DNA of 64,000 nt, from NCBI GenBank assembly GCA_044229975.1, contig JBGARZ010000026.1:1-64000 (forward strand), in the 5' to 3' direction. The notes below the pieces were generated by a model that was given only the letters and a program-made list of their open reading frames with translations, was not told where the DNA came from and searched no databases. Below, piece by piece: positions 47,888 to 56,527 of this stretch (position 1 is the stretch's first letter; each line of letters starts with the position of its first letter). Made by a program: the position numbers and the translations under genes. The stretch comes from Polyangiales bacterium. Its GTDB lineage: Bacteria; Myxococcota_A; Polyangia; Polyangiales; Ga0077539.

Positions 47888-49120
47888 ATGAGCTGGATCG
47901 ATGACAAGGCCCACGAGGGTCTGGCGAGGGTGCGCGAGGCGCGCGAGGCCGGGGTGTATCCGTTCTTCCGGGCCTTCGAGAGCGGGGGATTGCGGACGAC
48001 GGTCGAGGGTCACGCCTTCGTCAACTTCAGCTCCAACGACTACCTCGGGCTCACCAACCACCCGAAGGTGAAGGAGGCCGCCAAGCGCGCGGTGGACGTC
48101 TTCGCGTGTGGGCTGTCGAGCTCGCGCGTGCAGGCCACCACCACGGCCCACGTGGAGATCGAAGACCGCCTCGCGAAGTACTTTGGCTTCGAGAAGGCGC
48201 TCGTCACCACCACGGGCTACCAGGCAATGGTCGCGACCATCATGGCGCTCGCCGACCGCGACACGGCGCTCATCCTCGACAACCTGTCGCACGCCTGCAT
48301 CCTCGACGGGACGTTCCTCGCGGCGGGCACGCCGGGCCGTGCGCCCGAGGTGCGCTTCTTCAACCACAACAGCGCGCGCTCGCTGGAGCGGGTGCTCAAG
48401 TCGCGCGAGCGCCCCAACGCGCTGGTGCTGGTCGAGGGCATCTACTCGCTCGACGGCGACATGGGGAAGCTCGCCGAGATCATCGAGGTGTGCGACCGCC
48501 ACGGCGCCGTTCTCGTCGTCGACGACGCCCACGGCTCCGGGACGCTCGGCACCCACGGGCGCGGCATCCTCGAACACCTCGGCCTGGAGGGTCGCGCGCC
48601 CATCGTGGTGTCGACCTTCTCCAAGGTCTTCGGCGGCATCGGCGGCATCATCCTCGGCGGCACCGAGGTCATCGACCACATCAAGCACACCGCGCGCAGC
48701 TTCGTGTTCAGCGCGACGCTCCCGGTGCCCATCGTGGCGGCGGCGTCGACCATCCTCACCATGCTGGAGGAGGAGGGCCCCGCCCTGGTCGCGGAGCTCC
48801 ACGACAACGCGAAGTACATGCGGGCACAGCTCCTCGACCGCGGCTTCGACCTCGGCGCGAGCGATACGCACATCATGCCGGTGATGGTGCGCGACGAGCG
48901 CAAGGCGATGATGCTCCACCACCTGCTCTACGAGCGCGGCGTGTACCTCGTCCCCATCACGTACCCCGGCGTGAAGGTCGGCGAGGAGCGCCTGCGGGTC
49001 AACGTCACCCGCGGCCACACCCGCGCCGAGATGGCGCTCGCGCTGTCGTGCCTCGAAGAGCTGGGCGCCGCCTGCGAGATCCGCAAGCAGGACGCGCAGC
49101 CCGCAGCCCCCATCGCCTGA
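47888..49120 (+). CDS. PLP-dependent alpha-oxoamine synthase, serine palmitoyltransferase-like
   Basis: GVYPFFR, FSSNDYLGL, SHACILDG, EGIYSLDGD, DDAHG.G, TFSKVFG (PLP Lys). Confidence 0.88.
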   Translation: MSWIDDKAHEGLARVREAREAGVYPFFRAFESGGLRTTVEGHAFVNFSSNDYLGLTNHPKVKEAAKRAVDVFACGLSSSRVQATTTAHVEIEDRLAKYFGFEKALVTTTGYQAMVATIMALADRDTALILDNLSHACILDGTFLAAGTPGRAPEVRFFNHNSARSLERVLKSRERPNALVLVEGIYSLDGDMGKLAEIIEVCDRHGAVLVVDDAHGSGTLGTHGRGILEHLGLEGRAPIVVSTFSKVFGGIGGIILGGTEVIDHIKHTARSFVFSATLPVPIVAAASTILTMLEEEGPALVAELHDNAKYMRAQLLDRGFDLGASDTHIMPVMVRDERKAMMLHHLLYERGVYLVPITYPGVKVGEERLRVNVTRGHTRAEMALALSCLEELGAACEIRKQDAQPAAPIA

Positions 49121-49172
49121 GCGCTTCTTGAGCGACGGGCCGCGAGCCCGTAGCGTCGCGCCGGTTCCTGTC

Positions 49173-51458
49173 ATGTCGCCGACCCGCACCCACGTCCCCT
49201 GGCCCGAGCTCGCCGCGCTCGGCGCGCTCTTCGTCGCCGTCGCGGCGTGGAGCGGATCGGGCCGCCCGGTGGACCCGCGCGGGATGTCCCTCGCCGCGGT
49301 CGCGGTGCTCATCGCGCTCTCGCCCCGTCGGCTCACCAAGGTCGGCCACGGCGCGCAGGCCGAGGCCATCGCCGTCGCCGCTGCGCTCGGCGCGCTCTCC
49401 GTCGCCACCGTGGTCGCAGGCTTCGGCCCGCCTTCTGCGGCGCTCCGCATCGCCCACGCCCTCGCCTCGGGCGAGCTGCTCGGGCTCTCCACGGTGCTCG
49501 CCTTCGCGCAGCCCATGCGCACGTCGTCGCTGCGCCGCGCCGCGCTCCCGGGCCTCTTCGTCGCCGCGCTCGGAACCGCTGGGCTCTGGCCCGGCGCCGT
49601 CCATTGGTTCCCGGGTGCGCGTGCGCTTGCGCCCGCTGCGGCGGCCATCGCGGCGCTGCTGCACCTCGCTGCGCTCCAGCGACCGACCCCGCCCGTCGAG
49701 CGCGCCCGCTGGATCTACCCCACCCTCGGCGTCACCGCCCTCGCCCTCGCCACCGTTGCGCGGGCCCTCTCGGGGTCGGGCGACGGTGCGCTCTTCGCGT
49801 GGGGTCTCGGGGTCGCGGCTCACGTCGTCGGCCTCGTGGTCGGACACGCCGACGCCTCCGCGGCGAAGGCGGGTCCCTTCGCGCGGCGCACCTTCGCGGC
49901 CTGCCTTGGGTTCATGGCGGGAGCCGTGGCGCTGGTTTTCGGTCCCGACGCGCCGATGACGGCGATGGGCGTCGGGCTCGGCGTCGCCGCCTTTGTATTG
50001 CCGCTCATCGATCGCTGGTACCGGCCCGTCGAGGGTCGCCTGCTCGACGCCTGCGACCGCATCGAACGCAACCTCGCGCGCGCGGAGGGCCTCGATGAGC
50101 TCGCGGCGGCGGTGCTCGATCCGCTGCGCGAGGCGGCGCGAAATCTGCGAGCGCCCGCGGCGTTCTGGGTGCTCGACGGCGCGCGGGTGCTGAGGGTCGA
50201 CGTCGCGGGGACCCCGTCGGTCGGAGCGTTTTCCATCGAGGCCGAGAAGGCGCTGGTGACGTGGCTGCGAACGCGCCCGTCGGTGGTCTTCACCGACACG
50301 CTGCGGCCTCACCTCGTGCAACGTCCGGAGCTGCGGCCCGTGGCCGACGCGCTCGACGCGCATGAAGCCTTCGCGGCGGTTCCGCTGTGCGACGCCGACC
50401 AGCTCCTCGGGGTGGTGCTCGTCCCGCGCGGCGAGCGATCGACGCCCGCGAGCTTCGAGGAGGAGAGTCGCCTGGAGGTCGTTCGGCGGCTGGTGGAGGG
50501 AGCGCTGCTCCGCATCCTGGCGGCGGAGCGATCGGCCGCGCGGGCGGCAGAGGCGCAGCGTCGTGAGGCCGTGGAGAAGCGTCGCGCGGAGGATGCCGAG
50601 CGCGAGCTCACCCGCGTGGGCGCGCTGGTGGTGGAGTCGTCGTCCGTGGCGGCGCTCGGAACGCTCGCGACGAAGTGGGTCGCGTACGCCCCGGCCTCGC
50701 GGGTGTTTCAGTCGGCGCTCGACGCGCTCGCGACGACGGACGGACCGGTGGCGCTCGTCACGACGGCCAACGTGTCGGCGCGCGCGGCCGCGGCGCGACT
50801 GCACGCGCAGGGCCCGCGGGCGGCGCGCGGGCTGATGGTGTTCGACGCGTCGTCGGTGGACATGCGGGCGGTGCTGCCGGCGCTGCTCGGCGACGCGCGC
50901 GGTGAGGCGCCCTCCCCCGGTTGGCTGGAGCGCGCGGTGGGCGCGACGCTGCTCATCGAGAACGTGGTGGCCCTGGGTCACGAGGGGCTGACGGCGCTCG
51001 CGGGGGCGCTCGACCGCGGCGTCGGTCGTCGCCTCGGAGACCAGACGGCCTACGCCGTGGACGTGCGGGTGATCGTGACGCTGCCGAAGGAGCCGTCGGA
51101 GTGCGACCTGCCGGTGTCCCTGCTCCGCCGACTCATCGACCGCACGGCGCGGGTGCCGTCGCTGCGCGAGCGATCGGACGACCTCGAGTCACTCGTGTAC
51201 GCGACCATCGACCGCGCCTGCCGCTGCGCCGACCGCAGCCCCCTCGGCATCGCGCCTGACGCGCTCGCGGCGCTGCGCGCGCACGCCTGGCCCGGTGAGC
51301 TGCCCGAGCTCGATGCCGTCATCGCCCACGCCGTCGCCCACGCCCGCGGCTCGCGCATCCAGACGGACGATCTGCCGCCGGTCGTGCGCGCGTCGGTGTT
51401 CACGATCGCGCGCCGTGACGACGACGAGCACGACCGCGGCGCCAGCTACGACGACTGA
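49173..51458 (+). CDS. Multi-TM protein with a GAF-like region and a degenerate sigma54-activator AAA+-like domain
   Basis: Several N-terminal TM helices; DVRVI, VPSLRER.DDL, AL..HAWPG...EL, I...DLP retained; Walker A, Walker B DE, GAFTGA and the HTH are absent. Confidence 0.8.
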   Translation: MSPTRTHVPWPELAALGALFVAVAAWSGSGRPVDPRGMSLAAVAVLIALSPRRLTKVGHGAQAEAIAVAAALGALSVATVVAGFGPPSAALRIAHALASGELLGLSTVLAFAQPMRTSSLRRAALPGLFVAALGTAGLWPGAVHWFPGARALAPAAAAIAALLHLAALQRPTPPVERARWIYPTLGVTALALATVARALSGSGDGALFAWGLGVAAHVVGLVVGHADASAAKAGPFARRTFAACLGFMAGAVALVFGPDAPMTAMGVGLGVAAFVLPLIDRWYRPVEGRLLDACDRIERNLARAEGLDELAAAVLDPLREAARNLRAPAAFWVLDGARVLRVDVAGTPSVGAFSIEAEKALVTWLRTRPSVVFTDTLRPHLVQRPELRPVADALDAHEAFAAVPLCDADQLLGVVLVPRGERSTPASFEEESRLEVVRRLVEGALLRILAAERSAARAAEAQRREAVEKRRAEDAERELTRVGALVVESSSVAALGTLATKWVAYAPASRVFQSALDALATTDGPVALVTTANVSARAAAARLHAQGPRAARGLMVFDASSVDMRAVLPALLGDARGEAPSPGWLERAVGATLLIENVVALGHEGLTALAGALDRGVGRRLGDQTAYAVDVRVIVTLPKEPSECDLPVSLLRRLIDRTARVPSLRERSDDLESLVYATIDRACRCADRSPLGIAPDALAALRAHAWPGELPELDAVIAHAVAHARGSRIQTDDLPPVVRASVFTIARRDDDEHDRGASYDD

Positions 51459-51463
51459 CCCGG

Positions 51464-52168
51464 TCAGTTGGGGAGGTCGCGCGGGTCGACGCCGCCGCGG
51501 ATGACACGGAGCTTCGGGCCGCTGTCCTTGCGGGCGCGCGCCGGACGCGGATCGCGCGTGTTGCCCGCCACCACGCCGACGAGGTACCCGGCGAGCGCCA
51601 GCACCGACTCGGGGCTCTTGTAGACGAGGAAGCTGAGCCCGACGAAGACGCCGTAGAACGCTGCGCACTGACGCCCCGTGAGGGAGCCGAGCGTGAGAAA
51701 CGACACGCGCTGCTTGCCGGTGGACATGCACCAGGCCGCACCGAGCATCGCGCTCGCCGCCGCGGGTGACCACGCGCGCTGCACCCAGAAGGGCGTGTAG
51801 ACGGCCCCGACGGCCATGAACACCACGGCGCCGATGAGCACCGCGACGGTCATCGTGATCGCGAGGCGCCGCAGCCCCCATCGAAGCTCCATCGGGCTGC
51901 CGACGAACCACAGGGTGAGGGCAGTCCAGAGGATCCCCTGGATGCCCTGCGGGTCGTGCAGCAGCGCGTGCGTCACGAGGCGCCACACCTGCCCCTGGGC
52001 GACGCGCGACGGGATGAGCACCAGCGCCGCGAAGGGCCCGTTGGGGTCGACGGAGCCGCCCGACCCGATCAGCGCCTCGATGAGCCACACGGCCACGAAG
52101 AACGCCGTCAGCATCTTCATCGATCGCGAGAACGGCGGGAGTTCGATCTTCACGTTCGGCGAGCTCAT
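51464..52168 (-). CDS. Rhomboid-family membrane protein, apparently catalytically inactive
   Basis: L.P..V..GQVWRLVT..LLH, LWFVG..ME..WG..R; no GxSG and no catalytic His (SVLALAG); C-terminal KLRVIRGG. Confidence 0.75.
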   Translation of the reverse strand: MSSPNVKIELPPFSRSMKMLTAFFVAVWLIEALIGSGGSVDPNGPFAALVLIPSRVAQGQVWRLVTHALLHDPQGIQGILWTALTLWFVGSPMELRWGLRRLAITMTVAVLIGAVVFMAVGAVYTPFWVQRAWSPAAASAMLGAAWCMSTGKQRVSFLTLGSLTGRQCAAFYGVFVGLSFLVYKSPESVLALAGYLVGVVAGNTRDPRPARARKDSGPKLRVIRGGVDPRDLPN

Positions 52169-52222
52169 GGATCCGTACATTGACAGCGGAGACGGTCCGG
52201 CGATACGCCCGTCGCCGCACCG

Positions 52223-52954
52223 ATGCACCATGTGATCTACGGTTTCCTCGTCACGTTCCACCACCAGACGCCCAACGCGGGGGCGGGGCACGCGCCGGGC
52301 ACCCTGGAGCTCATCGCGCAAGCGACGCTCCCGGTGAAGCTGGTGCTCGCGCTCCTGCTCTTCTTCTCGCTGATCTGCTGGTACATCATCGGATACAAGT
52401 GGCTCTATCTCCGCCGCGCCTTCGCGGAGAACGAAGCCTTCCTCGTGATCTTCGAGCAGACGCGGCAGCTCAACGTCGCCGCCGAGGCCGCCTCACAGCG
52501 CCCGCGCAGCCCCGTCGCGGCGATGTACCGCGCGGGCTACGACGAGCTCCTGCGCGTGAAGGCCGCGTCCGATGGTGAAGACGCCCCGGGCATCGAAAAC
52601 GTCGAGCGCGCCCTGCGCCGCGCCCACGCCCGGCAGACCACCGTGCTCGAAAGCATGATCCCCTTCCTGGCGACCACCGGCAGCACGGCCCCCTTCATCG
52701 GCCTCTTCGGAACCGTCTACGGCATCATGCACGCCTTCGTGCAGCTCTCCGCGTCGCGCGACACCGCGACCATCGACCGCGTCGGCCCCGGCATCGCCGA
52801 GGCGCTCTTCACCACCGCCGTCGGCCTGGTCGCCGCCATCCCCGCGGTCATCGCGTACAACTACTTCGTGCGCCGCCTCCGCATCATCACGACGGAGATG
52901 GACATCTTCGGCAACGACTTCCTCAACATCGTGCGCCGGCACATCCTGAAGTAG
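52223..52954 (+). CDS. tolQ: TolQ (MotA/TolQ/ExbB family)
   Basis: FLATTGSTAPFIGLFGTVYGIM.AF, PGIAEAL..TA.GL.AAIPAV.AYN. Confidence 0.92.
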   Translation: MHHVIYGFLVTFHHQTPNAGAGHAPGTLELIAQATLPVKLVLALLLFFSLICWYIIGYKWLYLRRAFAENEAFLVIFEQTRQLNVAAEAASQRPRSPVAAMYRAGYDELLRVKAASDGEDAPGIENVERALRRAHARQTTVLESMIPFLATTGSTAPFIGLFGTVYGIMHAFVQLSASRDTATIDRVGPGIAEALFTTAVGLVAAIPAVIAYNYFVRRLRIITTEMDIFGNDFLNIVRRHILK

Positions 52955-52963
52955 CCGACGGCC

Positions 52964-53407
52964 ATGTCGTTCTCCACCAACAGCGGCGGCGGCACGGGGC
53001 CGATGAGCGAGATCAACGTCACGCCGCTCGTCGACGTGATGCTCGTGCTGCTCATCATCTTCATGGTGACCGCCCCGATGGTGCAGGCCGGCCTCCGGGT
53101 CGACCTCCCCAACGCCGAGGCCCCGGCCATCCCCAACGCCGAGCAGAAGCTCCGCATCACCATCGGTCACGAGGACGCCAACGTCCCCACGTCGCCCATC
53201 GCCGTCTGGATCGGCCGCGACAAGACCACCCTCGAACGCCTCACCGAGCAGCTCCGCGCCAACGCCATCGTGCAGCGCGACCACGAGGCGTACATCCAGG
53301 CCGACGAGAGCATTCCCTACGGCATCGTCGTGCGCGTGCTCGCCGCGATGCGCACGGCCGGGGTCGAGCGACTCGGCATCGTCACCGACCCCCTCACCAG
53401 TCAGTAA
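52964..53407 (+). CDS. tolR: TolR (ExbD/TolR family)
   Basis: MSEINVTPLVDVMLVLLIIFMVTAPM, V.LP, AD..IPYG.VV.V, AG.ERLG.VT. Confidence 0.93.
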   Translation: MSFSTNSGGGTGPMSEINVTPLVDVMLVLLIIFMVTAPMVQAGLRVDLPNAEAPAIPNAEQKLRITIGHEDANVPTSPIAVWIGRDKTTLERLTEQLRANAIVQRDHEAYIQADESIPYGIVVRVLAAMRTAGVERLGIVTDPLTSQ

Positions 53408-53410
53408 CGG

Positions 53411-54004
53411 TCACGCCGCGGCGTCGAGGCCCATCTGCTCGCGCAGCGCGCAGCGCGTGCGCCACAGCTTGCTCTTCACGGCCGCGACCGGCTGCCCCAC
53501 GGCGTCGGCGATCTCCGCGCAGGACTCTCCGCCGATGGAGCGTTCGAGGAGGGCGCGCTTGTCCGTGGGCAGGGCCTCCAGGCGATCGCTCACCCGGTCG
53601 AGGTCGACGCGGGCCATCACGTACGACTCCGGGTCGCGGAACGCGGTGCCCGCTTCGAGGTTCTGCTCGCACTCGGCGCCCGCGTGCTCGCCGAGCCGAT
53701 CGACCCCGCGCTTGCGGGCCGCCGCACGTCGCCGCTGGTAGAGCGCCGCGTTGACCACGATGCTGTACATCCAGCTCGCGACGGCCGCGTCGCCGCGGAA
53801 GCGCTCGGCGTGGCGGAGGGCGCTCACCATTCCCTCCTGCACCGCGTCCCAGGCGTCGTCCTCGTTGCGCGTCACCCGCAGCGCCGCGTGAAAGAGCCGC
53901 GACTCGTACGACCGGAAGGCCGCTTCGACGGTGCGCTTGATCTCCGGCGCCACTGCCACGAGACCCACGACCTGACGACCGCCACCACTCTGAACTTCCA
54001 CCAC
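53411..54004 (-). CDS. ECF-family RNA polymerase sigma factor
   Basis: DA.DAVQE, FRGDA....WMY.IVVN, EIA..VG.P...VKSKL.R.R; GGAGG RBS before GTG 54004. Confidence 0.92.
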   Translation of the reverse strand: MVEVQSGGGRQVVGLVAVAPEIKRTVEAAFRSYESRLFHAALRVTRNEDDAWDAVQEGMVSALRHAERFRGDAAVASWMYSIVVNAALYQRRRAAARKRGVDRLGEHAGAECEQNLEAGTAFRDPESYVMARVDLDRVSDRLEALPTDKRALLERSIGGESCAEIADAVGQPVAAVKSKLWRTRCALREQMGLDAAA

Positions 54005-54051
54005 GCTCGTTCAACCTCCGTCTCGGCTCCGGCCGATGTGCCCAACCTTTG

Positions 54052-54067
54052 AGCAACGTCGGTGCCA
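54052..54067 (-). promoter_or_regulatory. Sigma54 (-24/-12) promoter of the ECF sigma gene
   Basis: Minus strand TGGCACCGACGTTGCT: GG-N10-GC with near-consensus flanks, 47 nt upstream of the start. Confidence 0.8.
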
Positions 54068-54257
54068 TCCGGGAAAGACCGCGAACGTGCCTTCGCGACC
54101 ACCGACGAGGTCCACGTTCTGTGACCCCCGGCGATGCCATCGGAGGGACCACGGCATCGTTTCGTTGCACTGCGCGACGGGGCGACGGGGTGGAGCGTCT
54201 GTCCAAGGCTCGTCGGCGGCGGAGGGTTCTGGTAGTGCAACCACAGGAGCCGCGACC

Positions 54258-55184
54258 GTGACCACGCCCCCGACGCTGCGACCGCCCCCCTCGCTCGACC
54301 CGAGCGTCCCGGGCATCTCCCGACCGTCGGTTCCGTTCGCGGTCGGCGTGCCGTCCGCGCCGCCGCCCCCGTCGCCGCTGCGACAGCGAGAGCGGGTCAC
54401 CTCCAGCGATGGGTCGGGCGTGGCGATGGGCCTCTTCGCGGCGGTGGTGGTGCACGGCCTCGTGGTGTTGTTGTCGGTGCGGCTGGGGCACGCCGAGGGC
54501 AACGTCGCCACGCGACCCCACGACGCGCGCGAAGACCAGATCCTGGAGACGCACCTCCTTCAACAGGGCGGCGGGGTGTTCGATCCGCGGCAGCAGGTGC
54601 ACCGGGAGGTTCCGATTCGCGCCGAGCGCGAGGCGCCGCAGGCGGTGACGCCGACCGCCGACCCCACGCAGGTTCGCCTCGCCCCCGACGCCGGCCCGCA
54701 GGACTACATGGCCGCGATCACCCAGCGCACCCGCCGCGGATCGGGCAATCAAGACCTCGCCGAGATGGATCGCATCGCGCACATGGCAGCGCTGGAGCAG
54801 GCGGCCGATCCCACGGTCGCCGGCCCGGGTGATCCCACGGGCAGCGCGCACGGCGACACCACCGACCCGGCGCTCGCGACCCGCGGCGCCGGAACGAAGA
54901 TCGACCGCTTCCTGCGCGACCACATCCGCACGTCGGCGACGCTCACTGGCAGCGAGTCGCGCGAGGTGGTGTTTCGCATCCGCCTCGACGCGACGGGCGC
55001 CATCGAGTTGGCCGAGCAGGGTGCGTCATCGGGCAACGAGAGCCTCGACGGCGACATCCTCGGTCAGGCGCAGCGCCTCGCCACCGACCACGCCCGCATC
55101 CCCGACCTCACGCCCGAAGAACTCCAGAGCGTGGCCGGGCGCACCATCAACATCCGCGTCCCCATGGCGGGCATCACGCACTGA
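54258..55184 (+). CDS. TolA/TonB-like energy transducer
   Basis: AGGAG RBS then GTG 54258; Pro-rich N-terminus, TM with S/A..VH, C-terminal V.FRIRLD..G.I......SSGN.SLD; directly upstream of tolB. Confidence 0.8.
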   Translation: MTTPPTLRPPPSLDPSVPGISRPSVPFAVGVPSAPPPPSPLRQRERVTSSDGSGVAMGLFAAVVVHGLVVLLSVRLGHAEGNVATRPHDAREDQILETHLLQQGGGVFDPRQQVHREVPIRAEREAPQAVTPTADPTQVRLAPDAGPQDYMAAITQRTRRGSGNQDLAEMDRIAHMAALEQAADPTVAGPGDPTGSAHGDTTDPALATRGAGTKIDRFLRDHIRTSATLTGSESREVVFRIRLDATGAIELAEQGASSGNESLDGDILGQAQRLATDHARIPDLTPEELQSVAGRTINIRVPMAGITH

Positions 55185-55240
55185 CGTTCCGCGCGTCTCG
55201 CTTCGCTTCGAGGGGGAGTGTCCGTTAGAGTGCGCGGACG

Positions 55241-56527
55241 ATGCGACGGCAGCTCCCCTGGCTTCTCATCTCGGTCGCTGCGGCGGCCGCGGTGCTCCCC
55301 CCACTGCTCTCGGACGCGCAGCCGCTGCCGCCCACTCCACCGACGCCGCCGGGCAACGGCGAGCTCACCATCACCCTGTCGGGTCTCGAAGCGCGGCTCC
55401 TCCCGGTGGCCATCCCCGCCTTTCGCGGCACCGGGGGCGACGCCGTCTCCGCCATCGTCTCCAACGACCTGCGACTGAGCTCGCTCTTCCGCGTGCTCGA
55501 CGCGCGATCGTTTACCGCCGACCTCGACGCCGAGGGTCTCAACATCACCCCGGCCTCGTGGACCACCGTCGGCGCCACCGCCGTCGTGAAGGCCATGGTC
55601 ACCGGCTCCGGCGACGCGACCCGCATCGAGCTCAAGGTATGGGAGCCCGGCAGCCCCGCCGCGCCGCGCCTCACGCGCACCTACGGCCCCGGCGCGCCCC
55701 GCGCCCTCGCCCACCGCATCGCCAACGACCTCATCCTGCTCTACACGCGCACGGCGGGCGTGTTCGGGACGCGCATCGCGTTTGCGCGGCGCACGGGCAA
55801 CGGCCGCAAGCAGATCTTCTCCGTCGACTGTGATGGAGAAAACCTCTCGCAGGTCTCGGCGGGTCGGCGCCTCAACTTCACGCCCGCATGGGGCCCCGGC
55901 GGCATCTACTTCTCGTCGCAGACGCCCGACGGCTTCCTCGCGCTCTTCCGCCAGGGGCGCAGCGAGCCCGTGCTGCGCGCCGACGGGCTCGTGATGGGCG
56001 CGGCCTTCGGCGGCGGGCGCATGGCCGTGGTGCTCACCCGCGACGGCAACAGCGAGATCTACGTGGGCGGCACCGACGGGTCGAGCCTGCGCCGGCTCAC
56101 CAACGACTCCGGCGCGGACATCACCCCGGTGTGGTCGCCCGATGGGTCGAAGATCGCGTTCGTGAGCGACCGCTCGGGCGGGCCGCAGGTGTACGTGATG
56201 GACGCGGGCGGCGGCGGACAGCGCCGGGTGAGCTTCCAGGGCACGTACAACACCGGGCCCTCGTGGGCGCCCGACAGCAACACCCTCGCCTACGCGAGCC
56301 GCGGCAACGGCGGCACCGACATCTTTACGGTGGGCGTAAACGGCGGCGCGGTGCGTCGGCTCACCGAGGGTCAGGGGAGCAACACCGACCCGACGTACTC
56401 GCCCGACGGCCGGATGATCGCGTTCAGCTCCTCGCGTGGCGGCATCTTCCTGATGAACCAGGACGGCCTCAACCAGCAGCGCATCCTGCCCGGCACGGCG
56501 GAGGGTCTGCGCTGGGAGCCGCGATGA
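55241..56527 (+). CDS. tolB: TolB-like periplasmic beta-propeller protein
   Basis: Signal peptide; PVAIP.F, AHRIAN, G.F.TRIAF, PD40 repeats (P.WSPDG.KIAF.SDR.G.PQVY). Confidence 0.9.
   Translation: MRRQLPWLLISVAAAAAVLPPLLSDAQPLPPTPPTPPGNGELTITLSGLEARLLPVAIPAFRGTGGDAVSAIVSNDLRLSSLFRVLDARSFTADLDAEGLNITPASWTTVGATAVVKAMVTGSGDATRIELKVWEPGSPAAPRLTRTYGPGAPRALAHRIANDLILLYTRTAGVFGTRIAFARRTGNGRKQIFSVDCDGENLSQVSAGRRLNFTPAWGPGGIYFSSQTPDGFLALFRQGRSEPVLRADGLVMGAAFGGGRMAVVLTRDGNSEIYVGGTDGSSLRRLTNDSGADITPVWSPDGSKIAFVSDRSGGPQVYVMDAGGGGQRRVSFQGTYNTGPSWAPDSNTLAYASRGNGGTDIFTVGVNGGAVRRLTEGQGSNTDPTYSPDGRMIAFSSSRGGIFLMNQDGLNQQRILPGTAEGLRWEPR

Noticed and set aside
47888..49120. Calling this gene bioF
   Set aside because: No biotin genes are adjacent, and the context (ACPs, KS/CLF) and N-terminal motif favour an SPT-like enzyme; symbol withheld.
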